Source: Candidatus Thorarchaeota archaeon
Lineage (GTDB): Archaea; Asgardarchaeota; Heimdallarchaeia; Hodarchaeales; Hodarchaeaceae
Assembly: GCA_048882505.1 (NCBI GenBank)
Contig: JBHLRO010000009.1
Span: forward strand, 90,001 to 122,000
Direction: 5' to 3'
Length of the DNA stretch: 32,000 bases
Shown one piece after another: positions 15,973 to 23,908 of this stretch. Position 1 is the first letter of the stretch; every line of letters starts with the position of its first letter. The translations under genes and the position numbers were made by a program. The notes under the pieces are model-generated. The model saw only the letters and a list, made by a program, of their open reading frames with translations, was not told the DNA's origin and searched no databases.

Positions 15973-16983
15973 CTAAGCTTCGACCCTCTGCATTCGTTTT
16001 AGTTCCCCTTTCTCCAGTTCAACAAGGAAACCTTTGAGGATAGCTTCAGTATACTCACTTCCGGGGTTTAAACAATAAGTTCGACCAATCTTGACACTGC
16101 CAGGGGATTCGTGGATGTGTCCATGGAGTCCCAGAAGTGGCTGGTACTTTTCAATTGCCTTTCTTACAGCTTTACTACCTACGGGGCCGCGAACCGGTTC
16201 CCCTCCACTATATCCCGCATAGGTAAGATCGGGATTCAATAACGGAGCCTCATCGATTTTACTTTCAAAAGGTGGAGCATGAAAGCAAAAAACCGCATTT
16301 TCCAGATTTCGGATAAGGGGAACGAGTTCTTCGATCTTGGCCTCAATTTCATCATCATTTGTCTCTCTGTAGGTGTGCCAAGGTGTTGGATTGGTCCAAC
16401 CATAGGATATCATTTCATGGTGATCATCCAAATCTACCTTTGCCCCCTCTCCAAAGATAACACGGGGATCTTTATTAAGAATTTCATCAATCGCAAACTT
16501 ATCGTCATTTCCTGGACATATGATAATCTGGGTACCATTGGGAACCCGTTTTGATCCATCTTTCATGGTATCGTCAATCATATCTATCCAGAGTTGAAGG
16601 GAACTTGCTTCAACCTTGTCAAATAATTTGTCTAGGGCCCCACCTTTTATCATCTTGCCCTCTTCTGTTACAGAATCAAGCGATGAGAGTTGACGATCTT
16701 CCTCGGGAGTCAATCGATAAGTATAACAGCCAGCCATTCGTGCACGGAATTCGAAGTCCTTAATGTCTTTTTCAGTTCGCATTATTACTTCTTGTTCCGC
16801 CACTCCATAGATAGAACCCTTCCATGTCCCATCGGATTGTTCTATTATTGGGACTATCCTTTTTCCTGTTATATCGCCACCCATGATTAGAGTGTCTACC
16901 TTCAAATACTTAGCCGAGTTAAGAAATTTCCTCCATACGGCTTCGGATCCATGTATATCAGTGCAATAGAAGAATCTGACCAA
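15973..16983 (-). CDS. Calcineurin-like (Icc-related) metallophosphoesterase
   Basis: TDIHG, GGDITG, PGNDD, HAPP and GLHGHIHE motifs. TTG start lies 7 nt after GGGTGA. Confidence 0.9.
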   Translation of the reverse strand: MVRFFYCTDIHGSEAVWRKFLNSAKYLKVDTLIMGGDITGKRIVPIIEQSDGTWKGSIYGVAEQEVIMRTEKDIKDFEFRARMAGCYTYRLTPEEDRQLSSLDSVTEEGKMIKGGALDKLFDKVEASSLQLWIDMIDDTMKDGSKRVPNGTQIIICPGNDDKFAIDEILNKDPRVIFGEGAKVDLDDHHEMISYGWTNPTPWHTYRETNDDEIEAKIEELVPLIRNLENAVFCFHAPPFESKIDEAPLLNPDLTYAGYSGGEPVRGPVGSKAVRKAIEKYQPLLGLHGHIHESPGSVKIGRTYCLNPGSEYTEAILKGFLVELEKGELKRMQRVEA

Positions 16984-17478
16984 GCTAATTTCACCCTATA
17001 TTGCTATTTCTTCGCTTTTTTTAAAATAACTTAGCATATATCAATCGGCGTTCTATTTACCACAAATCCATAAATTGAATTATTTATTTTTCGAAAGATT
17101 CCCAGATTTCTATAACAGATTACTGAATTGGAGGTAAAAAGCGTTAAGAATCTTGATTTAGGAGGAAGTATGGTTTTCGCTTGGTTTTAATTAATGTATA
17201 TGAAGAACAGTGTAAAGTATTACTGAGGATCTTAAGTTAGATTTCCTAGTTAAGGAGTAATGCACGATGCTCTACCCCCTGTAAATTAAAAAAACGGCCT
17301 ATCGGTTCTGAAACCTTACGTTTCGCAGCAACGGAGGAGTTTCTAATTCAAATATAAATAGAGATTTCGGTCGAAAACCTTTTAATATTTCTATATTATA
17401 CAATTTTTATACCATTACTTTAGGAATAGAGATGCCTCTATTTTACACGGTGGCATTATGGGAAGGAGTGCAGTCCAA

Positions 17479-17493
17479 CGAAAAATATATAAA
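17479..17493 (+). promoter_or_regulatory. Putative BRE-TATA promoter of the APC permease
   Basis: CGAAAAA immediately followed by TATATAAA, about 190 nt upstream of the permease start. Confidence 0.5.
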
Positions 17494-17579
17494 ACCTCCA
17501 GTATGAAACCAATGGCTGTACAGCTGTCGATTTGTATTCTACAATTTATCGTACAAGTCGGCCTGTGTTAGGTAATCTA

Positions 17580-17667
17580 TTCGAAAATCACCAATGATGG
17601 GCAATCTATCCCTGTAAATACTTAGACATATAGGACAACTCCCCTAGCGATCATTGGTTGATTCGAA
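17580..17667 (+). promoter_or_regulatory. Stem-loop in the permease 5' leader ending next to the SD
   Basis: 17580-17598 (TTCGAAAATCACCAATGAT) pairs with 17650-17667 (ATCATTGGTTGATTCGAA), giving 17 bp with two bulges. The SD GGTGA is at 17668-17672. Confidence 0.5.
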
Positions 17668-17679
17668 GGTGAAATAAAC

Positions 17680-19434
17680 GTGTCTGAATCAAAAACCTAC
17701 GTCCGAGACGCAACAGGTCTCGTACGAGAAATCGGGGTAGTCACCGCAACTATTTTCATTCTTTCGAATGTTATAGGTGGCGGATGGCAGAAACGAGTCT
17801 TTCAAACTACCGGATGGGCTCCGCTACACCCCAGTAAAATTCTCTTGGTAGATCCACTTGTGGTCGCCTTCCTCCTGACAGGGATTGCCGCGATAGCAAC
17901 CGTTTTCGTATTTGCCGTCATGGCAACCGCGATGCCACGAGCAGGTGGCGGATACGTCTACATTTCCCGTACGATCAGCCCAGGGGTCGGCTTTGTTTCC
18001 GCCTGGGCTGAATTTCTAGGGATCGCGATTAGTTATGGTTTAATCGCAGTAGCCGTGGTTGAGTTCGCAGTACTATTCCTACCTGTGGCGGGGTATGATG
18101 TCGGATTCCTTGGATCTTCGCTCATGTTAACCGTCCTGGGAATAGTCTTTGTATTCCTGTTTGCAGGTCTTGCTTTCTTCGGGGCCTCCATGACAGGCAA
18201 GCTATTGCATCTGATGTTCTGGATTCCTGCAGTAATTACCGTAGCCATCTATGGCTCACTACTTCTAGGTGTTCTTAACCCAGCTGCAATGGAGACTGGT
18301 ATCCAAAGTATCACAGGTTCGTCGGCCGACGCTTGGATTGCAGATGCCGTCGCGTCGGGAATCGATTCACAAGCAGCTCCGGACTATTTTTCAGCAGTGA
18401 ACACAGCGATTTTAGGAGCCTATTGGTCATGGATTGGATATGCTGCTATCTCGTTCGCCGCAGGCGAAGTTAAAGAGGCAAATAGGTCTCTGCCTATCTC
18501 TCATCTCGCTGCCGGGTTCATTATCCTCGGCGTCTATATGTCGATTAGCACTTTGCTTTCTATGGCAGCCTCTGTCGGAACACATTCAAGTGGTTGGACG
18601 TTCTTCCAAGCTTTGGGTTTCAACAACTACGGTACAACTACCTCTGACCCCGCTAATACTGGGTATGGATGGATGCCGTTTGTAGCTGTAATGGCAGCGG
18701 ATGGCCTTGGATTTGGGTTCTTGGCTATTTTCTTTGCTGTCGCTGCTGTCTTGTGGCTAGCCAACGATCTTCCTCCATTCGTAACAACTTCTTCCAGAAT
18801 TCTCTTTGCCATGTCCTTCGACCGAGCTCTCCCTGAAGCCTTCGCTAAGGTAGACGAACGCTGGCACTCTCCTACCAACGCCATATTGGTGACCGCCATT
18901 ATTGCAATCCTTGGGTGCTTTGCTGAAGCCGGTACCTTCACAGTGGGCGGTGTAATACACATCCCTGTTCTCGCTGAAGCTCTAGGCAGTGGAATTACTG
19001 CAACCGATCTTCTCGACGGTATATTCTTCACTATGGCCTGTATTGCTGCCATTCTTCTCCCAAGACGGTTAAAGGATGTCTATGAGAGAACTGCATGGCG
19101 TCCGAAGATTGCTGGTATGGAAGGCGTCGTTTTAATAGGTATTATCGCGCTAGTTGCGAATATCTATCTGGATCTCGTTATCCTTGGAGAATTTGGCATT
19201 TTAACACCCATGGCTGGTCTAGAAGCTATTCCATTGCTTGGAGCTATGCCCATTGTGCCTGATCCCAATGCTTTGATACCTAGCGGCGATATTATAGCTT
19301 CGCTGAATTGGGGTTTCTACACCATCTTGGTACTCGTTATAATAGGGGCCATTCTGTACTTCTATTATCGCTCGTACTATTCGAGAAAAGGTGTGGACTT
19401 CACAACCATCTACGCTTCGATCCCTCCAGAGTAG
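17680..19434 (+). CDS. APC-superfamily amino acid/polyamine permease
   Basis: YVRDATGLVRE, AMPRAGGGYVYISR, AGEVKEA, SRILFAMSFDRALP and WHSP..AI motifs with at least 12 TM segments. GTG start lies 7 nt after GGTGA. Confidence 0.93.
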   Translation: MSESKTYVRDATGLVREIGVVTATIFILSNVIGGGWQKRVFQTTGWAPLHPSKILLVDPLVVAFLLTGIAAIATVFVFAVMATAMPRAGGGYVYISRTISPGVGFVSAWAEFLGIAISYGLIAVAVVEFAVLFLPVAGYDVGFLGSSLMLTVLGIVFVFLFAGLAFFGASMTGKLLHLMFWIPAVITVAIYGSLLLGVLNPAAMETGIQSITGSSADAWIADAVASGIDSQAAPDYFSAVNTAILGAYWSWIGYAAISFAAGEVKEANRSLPISHLAAGFIILGVYMSISTLLSMAASVGTHSSGWTFFQALGFNNYGTTTSDPANTGYGWMPFVAVMAADGLGFGFLAIFFAVAAVLWLANDLPPFVTTSSRILFAMSFDRALPEAFAKVDERWHSPTNAILVTAIIAILGCFAEAGTFTVGGVIHIPVLAEALGSGITATDLLDGIFFTMACIAAILLPRRLKDVYERTAWRPKIAGMEGVVLIGIIALVANIYLDLVILGEFGILTPMAGLEAIPLLGAMPIVPDPNALIPSGDIIASLNWGFYTILVLVIIGAILYFYYRSYYSRKGVDFTTIYASIPPE

Positions 19435-19459
19435 CCAAATCTACCGTCCCTCCCCCCCA

Positions 19460-19478
19460 TTTTTTTTTTCTTTTTTTT
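19460..19478 (+). terminator. Archaeal oligo-T terminator candidate after the permease
   Basis: T10-C-T8 tract 25 nt after the stop, preceded by a C-rich run. Confidence 0.55.
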
Positions 19479-19545
19479 CCCCAATCGATTCTAATTTTTT
19501 CGATAGGCTAAAATAACTCCCTACGGTCATAAGTTTTGAGGCCCT

Positions 19546-20169
19546 GTGACAACTCTAACTGAACCAATCGACGAGAATTATCTTCGGATGGTTGAAGAAG
19601 AGCTAATGATCCGAGGTGGAAGATGGATAGCAAGTTTCGATACTGCATTTCGTAAATTTCTTGTTTCTAATGCCCTCAAAAACGTAGATACAGATAAAAC
19701 TCACAATAAGTCCGAATATGCGACAATGGTTTACGGGGGGGTTAGGAGCGGAGGTTTATTACTTTCCAGGGCTTTTGCTTTTATGGCCAGTCCAACCTAT
19801 AAAGTTGGATTAGGGGCAATATTTTTGCCTGATCCGACGAGGGCCAAATGGTCGACAATCGTCCAGTATCTTCGTGAGTCTGGTTTCGTAAAAGATGTGA
19901 TGGAATTCGAGTGGATGTGGATTCTGTTGTTTGGCCACGGAAAGCTCCCTCCCAAGGCGGCTGATAACCTTCAGCGCCATACCTCTAGGGAGCTGGGACT
20001 CCTTTATGCGGATTTAAAACATAAAACAATTATTAATTCGGACGCATTTATTTCTCGTAGAGGCGCAAAGCTATTTAATCCTGCAAATCTTGATAAAAAG
20101 CCGTACCGATCAAAATTTACGGCAAAAAGAGCTGAAGAAGTTGACTCCAGAAAAGGATACTCCTCTTAA
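19546..20169 (+). CDS. Hypothetical soluble protein, 207 aa
   Basis: Long ORF with a protein-like alpha/beta pattern (WIASFDTAFR, LLSRAF, EWMWILLF). No family recognised. Confidence 0.65.
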   Translation: MTTLTEPIDENYLRMVEEELMIRGGRWIASFDTAFRKFLVSNALKNVDTDKTHNKSEYATMVYGGVRSGGLLLSRAFAFMASPTYKVGLGAIFLPDPTRAKWSTIVQYLRESGFVKDVMEFEWMWILLFGHGKLPPKAADNLQRHTSRELGLLYADLKHKTIINSDAFISRRGAKLFNPANLDKKPYRSKFTAKRAEEVDSRKGYSS

Positions 20170-20656
20170 ACCTAGTGAAGAATTTTCACCGAATATTCTT
20201 CAAACAAGGGCACTGTGGAATTTTCTCTGGATCTTTCTGACCATCCTTGCCGTGGAAACTTTAGGATTTGTATTAATTCGAGTAAACATCGCCGCCTGGC
20301 AAGGAATTATAGTAATCGATCTTGGAGCGGTTTTTTTCTTGATTCTTGGGGCATTAACCCTGGGATACCTATATTACACAAGATACGTAAAACGTGTGAT
20401 AATTTTCGGTGATAAGAGATTTAGCATAAGTGTAGGTAAAAATCTCTATCAATATGAGTGGAAGAATTTTAGAATGGTTGCATTAGCTATCGCTAGGGGT
20501 ACAGCAGGCGTGAAAGGTTTCCTAATTCGCATTTATCAAGGCGACCTTGAGTCAGAGTATGTAGACCTTCCGATTTATAGGTTTTCAAAAAAAATCAATG
20601 CCTTTGACCTAAGGAGCCAGATTGACGAAAAGATTAGTTCGGTTGGAGGTAAGTAA
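20141..20656 (+). CDS. Hypothetical membrane protein: 2 TM helices plus a beta-rich (PH-like?) soluble domain
   Basis: Two hydrophobic helices, then FGDKRFSISVG...YEWKNFRMV. TTG 20141 lies 5 nt after GAGCTGA and is preferred to the track start at 20090. Confidence 0.65.
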   Translation: MTPEKDTPLKPSEEFSPNILQTRALWNFLWIFLTILAVETLGFVLIRVNIAAWQGIIVIDLGAVFFLILGALTLGYLYYTRYVKRVIIFGDKRFSISVGKNLYQYEWKNFRMVALAIARGTAGVKGFLIRIYQGDLESEYVDLPIYRFSKKINAFDLRSQIDEKISSVGGK

Positions 20657-20774
20657 TAGATACTTTAATTGAAATGGGTGGGAACATAAGACTGGGCGAG
20701 AATCTTCTCTGATTCCACCTTGACCTTTACTCTAAAGACGATTCACCTCTGTTTGAAGTTGGAATACTCATATA

Positions 20775-21602
20775 CTAGCGATTCCTAGAGCGGGGTTCCC
20801 CTGGAAACCGTGGTTTCCCATCATCTTTGATCGATGGATCCTTAACGACCCGACCAACACGTTGCTTAGCATAAAAGCCTTTATTCCCGAGCTTAGCGAG
20901 ATTCGTGGTCATCTCCAATACCAAACGGAGGAGGAGAGGAGATTTCGTGTCTTCATCTAGTTTTGCCACAACACGGATCGATGGAGTCGCTAAAGGATAG
21001 AGGGACACCCGAACAAGATGCTTTCTGGCAGAAAAGACGATTTTTAGGATATTGGGGGCCCCCTCAAAAAGCGCCTGAAAGAACTCCAGATCGTTTACTC
21101 GAAGAAGAAATTGAGCATCTAGGTCTTTGTTTCGAAAATCCATCACCTCCATTCTCCCCAGCATATCCATGAGCGATTTTATCCCTTTTTCATCGCTTCG
21201 GGCCAGGATTTCTAATTGATATCGATGGACAATCTTATCCCTGGGATCTGCTTCTATGAGAACGTAATCCTTGCGCTTACGAACCAAGGCTCCTAGCTTA
21301 CTCACGATTAGATGTCGTGGAACCATCGTATAGTGAAGTCTCAGATTTTGAATAGCCAAATCCTGTTTGAATTCAGTTCGGTATGATCTACCAATAGTAC
21401 TGGTCTCATCAAGTATAAATGTGTCAATCCATGCACTTGAACTTTGTTTTATATCCTCAAATGATGAGTCCATGATTTTATTGTTCTTTCTTTTGCCAAA
21501 GACGTATATCATAATCCCCACCATTACCGCGAGGAGGGAGATAACTAGTGTTGGCAAGAAGTAGATAAAATAGGCCCAGACAATATCGATAATGGATGCC
21601 AT
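20775..21602 (-). CDS. CCDC47/DUF1682-like single-pass membrane protein
   Basis: TM helix followed directly by GKRKN, later L.Y..VPRHLIVSKL...RKRKDYVLIE. This resembles the GKNKN...KRQDLL...D.V.I pattern of eukaryotic CCDC47 as recalled from memory. Confidence 0.6.
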   Translation of the reverse strand: MASIIDIVWAYFIYFLPTLVISLLAVMVGIMIYVFGKRKNNKIMDSSFEDIKQSSSAWIDTFILDETSTIGRSYRTEFKQDLAIQNLRLHYTMVPRHLIVSKLGALVRKRKDYVLIEADPRDKIVHRYQLEILARSDEKGIKSLMDMLGRMEVMDFRNKDLDAQFLLRVNDLEFFQALFEGAPNILKIVFSARKHLVRVSLYPLATPSIRVVAKLDEDTKSPLLLRLVLEMTTNLAKLGNKGFYAKQRVGRVVKDPSIKDDGKPRFPGEPRSRNR

Positions 21603-21730
21603 TTATTTTTCAATCCATTAGGTGGTTCACCGCAAATAAAGTTTGAATCTAAAGAATTTTCGTTGAAGCAATACTCAGAAATCCCACGAGCATTCAGATT
21701 TTATTTGGTTTTAAATCCAAAGATTCCAAC

Positions 21731-22402
21731 CTATGGCGCATATCCTGCCTCTCGCATGATTTGTATGGATGAGCTAACTCCCAAACGACTTGCACCTGCA
21801 TTGATCATACTGAGAGCATCTTCAAAATGGCGGATACCTCCTGCGGCCTTGACCTTAATTCGGTTACCGACCGTTTCGGCCAGGAGTTTAACATCATGAA
21901 TTGTGGCTCCAGTAGGGGCGAAGCCCGTACTTGTTTTGACATAAGCAGCCTCTGCCTCCGCTACACAGCGTGCTGCTTCTCTTTTTAGAGAATCTGTAAG
22001 ATAAGCTGTCTCGATAATAACCTTAACTGGAATATCTGGGACGCTTTCAACAACTGCAAGGATATCTTGCCTAGCTTTGATCCAATTCTCTTCCAAAATC
22101 AAGCCTAGGTTTGCCACCATGTCAATTTCCGTAGCCCCGTTCTTCACAGCTTCTCGAGCCTCATATGCCTTTTGATTTGGAGGTAAAGCCCCAAATGGAA
22201 AAGAAATACAAGCGGTTACATCAATTCCAGTGTTTTTAAGTTCCTGTGCTGTTAGTTTTACCCACACTGGATTAACCGTCATTGAGGCAAAATTCCAGTC
22301 TCTTGTTTCCTGTGCTACACGTTTTATGTCTTTCTCACCTGTAGTTGGCCGTAGAACTGAATGATCTATGAACTTCGCAAATTCCTCTTTAGAGAAACTC
22401 AT
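21731..22402 (-). CDS. deoC: Deoxyribose-phosphate aldolase
   Basis: IDHSVL, ISFPFG, GATEIDMV, KVIIET, YVKTSTGF, KAAGGIR and GASRLGVS motifs. ATG 22402 lies 6 nt after GGTGA. Confidence 0.96.
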   Translation of the reverse strand: MSFSKEEFAKFIDHSVLRPTTGEKDIKRVAQETRDWNFASMTVNPVWVKLTAQELKNTGIDVTACISFPFGALPPNQKAYEAREAVKNGATEIDMVANLGLILEENWIKARQDILAVVESVPDIPVKVIIETAYLTDSLKREAARCVAEAEAAYVKTSTGFAPTGATIHDVKLLAETVGNRIKVKAAGGIRHFEDALSMINAGASRLGVSSSIQIMREAGYAP

Positions 22403-22590
22403 TTTCAATCACCTTAAGGTTTTTCACGTCTGAGAAACCCAAGTATAACCCTTTAATTATCATATCCCAGACACAGGTAGGCAAGGGGTTTATCGCTTTA
22501 TGCCCGTTTTATCATTATATATGGATTCAACAACACTCAAGTTTAATAGAATTGAGTAATTCTCATCTAAGAGATTTCTGAGAGATTTTA

Positions 22591-23895
22591 ATGAATAATC
22601 AATCCATGCTGATTATCGGCGTACTCTCAATGTTTGCCATCGTGTTTGTATTTTATGAATTTCGCCTTCCCATAGATTCCTCAACTACAGGTAGCTATTC
22701 CCTAGAGAATGCTTTTCCCAATCTAACGTTCACAAATCCAGTTGGCATCTACTCACCTGGAAATTCAAGCAACCGGTTGTTTGTGGTAGAACAAGCAGGA
22801 AACATCTTTTCATTTGAGAATACTCCGGGAGTAGATACCAAGGAGCTGTTTCTTGACATTACTGAAAAAGTCCTATACGGAGGGGAACAGGGTCTGCTGG
22901 GACTAGCATTTTATCCGAATTATTTCGAAAATGGATATTTCTATATCAACTATATGACGAGTAATCCTCGCAGAACGGTTATCTCCCGCTTCACGGTCGA
23001 TTTGAAAACCCCCCTATTTGCAGATATTGCGAGTGAAGAAATTATTATCGAGATCGGTCAACCGTATGCCAATCATAATGGAGGTCAGATAGCCTTTAAT
23101 CTGGCCGATGGATTCCTATATATAGGTCTTGGTGATGGTGGAAGTGGAGGAGACCCTTTAAATCATGGACAAAACCGATCCACGTTATTAGGAAGCATGC
23201 TGAGAATTGATGTCAATCATCAGAAAAATGGCCTAGCTTATGCCATTCCTGCTGATAACCCATTTAATGGAAACACCCAGGGGTACAGAGAGGAGATTTA
23301 TGCTTGGGGTTTCAGAAATCCTTGGCGATTTAGCTTTGATCAGAACGGTACCGTCTGGGTCGGAGATGTTGGCCAAAATACTAAAGAAGAAATCAGTCTT
23401 ATCACAAAAAAAGGTCAGAATTTCGGGTGGAACATCATGGAGGGATTTTCTTGTTACAGCCCAGCAGGCGGCTGTAATCAGACTGGTTTAACATTACCAA
23501 TCTGGGATTATGGCCGATCTGAAGGAACAACCATCATAGGTGGATTTGTCTATGATGGGAATTCACTCTCTGAACTCGTTGGAAAATATGTCTATGGAGA
23601 TTATGGGTCAGGAAAGATCTGGGCGCTGGAATACGATGGAATAAAAGCCGTGAATACCCTTCTCATTGACTCCAATTTGGATATTCTTTCATTTGGAGTA
23701 GATAATGCAAAGGACATCTATGTTTGTTCTTCTGATGGGCGGATCTATAAGTTAGCGGCCCCTAAGAATTCTTCGGTTACGACTCTTACTACAACAACTA
23801 GTATGCCAAATATCACCAGTTTTTTATCTTTCATGATAGTCCCTGTTCTATTAATTTTAGCTATCAGGAAACAAAAGAGAAAAAAAATGGCTTAA
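22591..23895 (+). CDS. PQQ-dependent sugar dehydrogenase family (GSDH/YliI-like beta-propeller), membrane-anchored
   Basis: GEQGLLGLAF, NHNGGQI, GDGGSGGDP, LLGSMLRID, GFRNPWRFSFD and GDVGQ...EEI motifs. N-terminal hydrophobic segment; C-terminal Ser/Thr linker, TM helix and basic tail. Confidence 0.88.
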   Translation: MNNQSMLIIGVLSMFAIVFVFYEFRLPIDSSTTGSYSLENAFPNLTFTNPVGIYSPGNSSNRLFVVEQAGNIFSFENTPGVDTKELFLDITEKVLYGGEQGLLGLAFYPNYFENGYFYINYMTSNPRRTVISRFTVDLKTPLFADIASEEIIIEIGQPYANHNGGQIAFNLADGFLYIGLGDGGSGGDPLNHGQNRSTLLGSMLRIDVNHQKNGLAYAIPADNPFNGNTQGYREEIYAWGFRNPWRFSFDQNGTVWVGDVGQNTKEEISLITKKGQNFGWNIMEGFSCYSPAGGCNQTGLTLPIWDYGRSEGTTIIGGFVYDGNSLSELVGKYVYGDYGSGKIWALEYDGIKAVNTLLIDSNLDILSFGVDNAKDIYVCSSDGRIYKLAAPKNSSVTTLTTTTSMPNITSFLSFMIVPVLLILAIRKQKRKKMA

Positions 23896-23908
23896 GGGGA
23901 TCCCTCTA

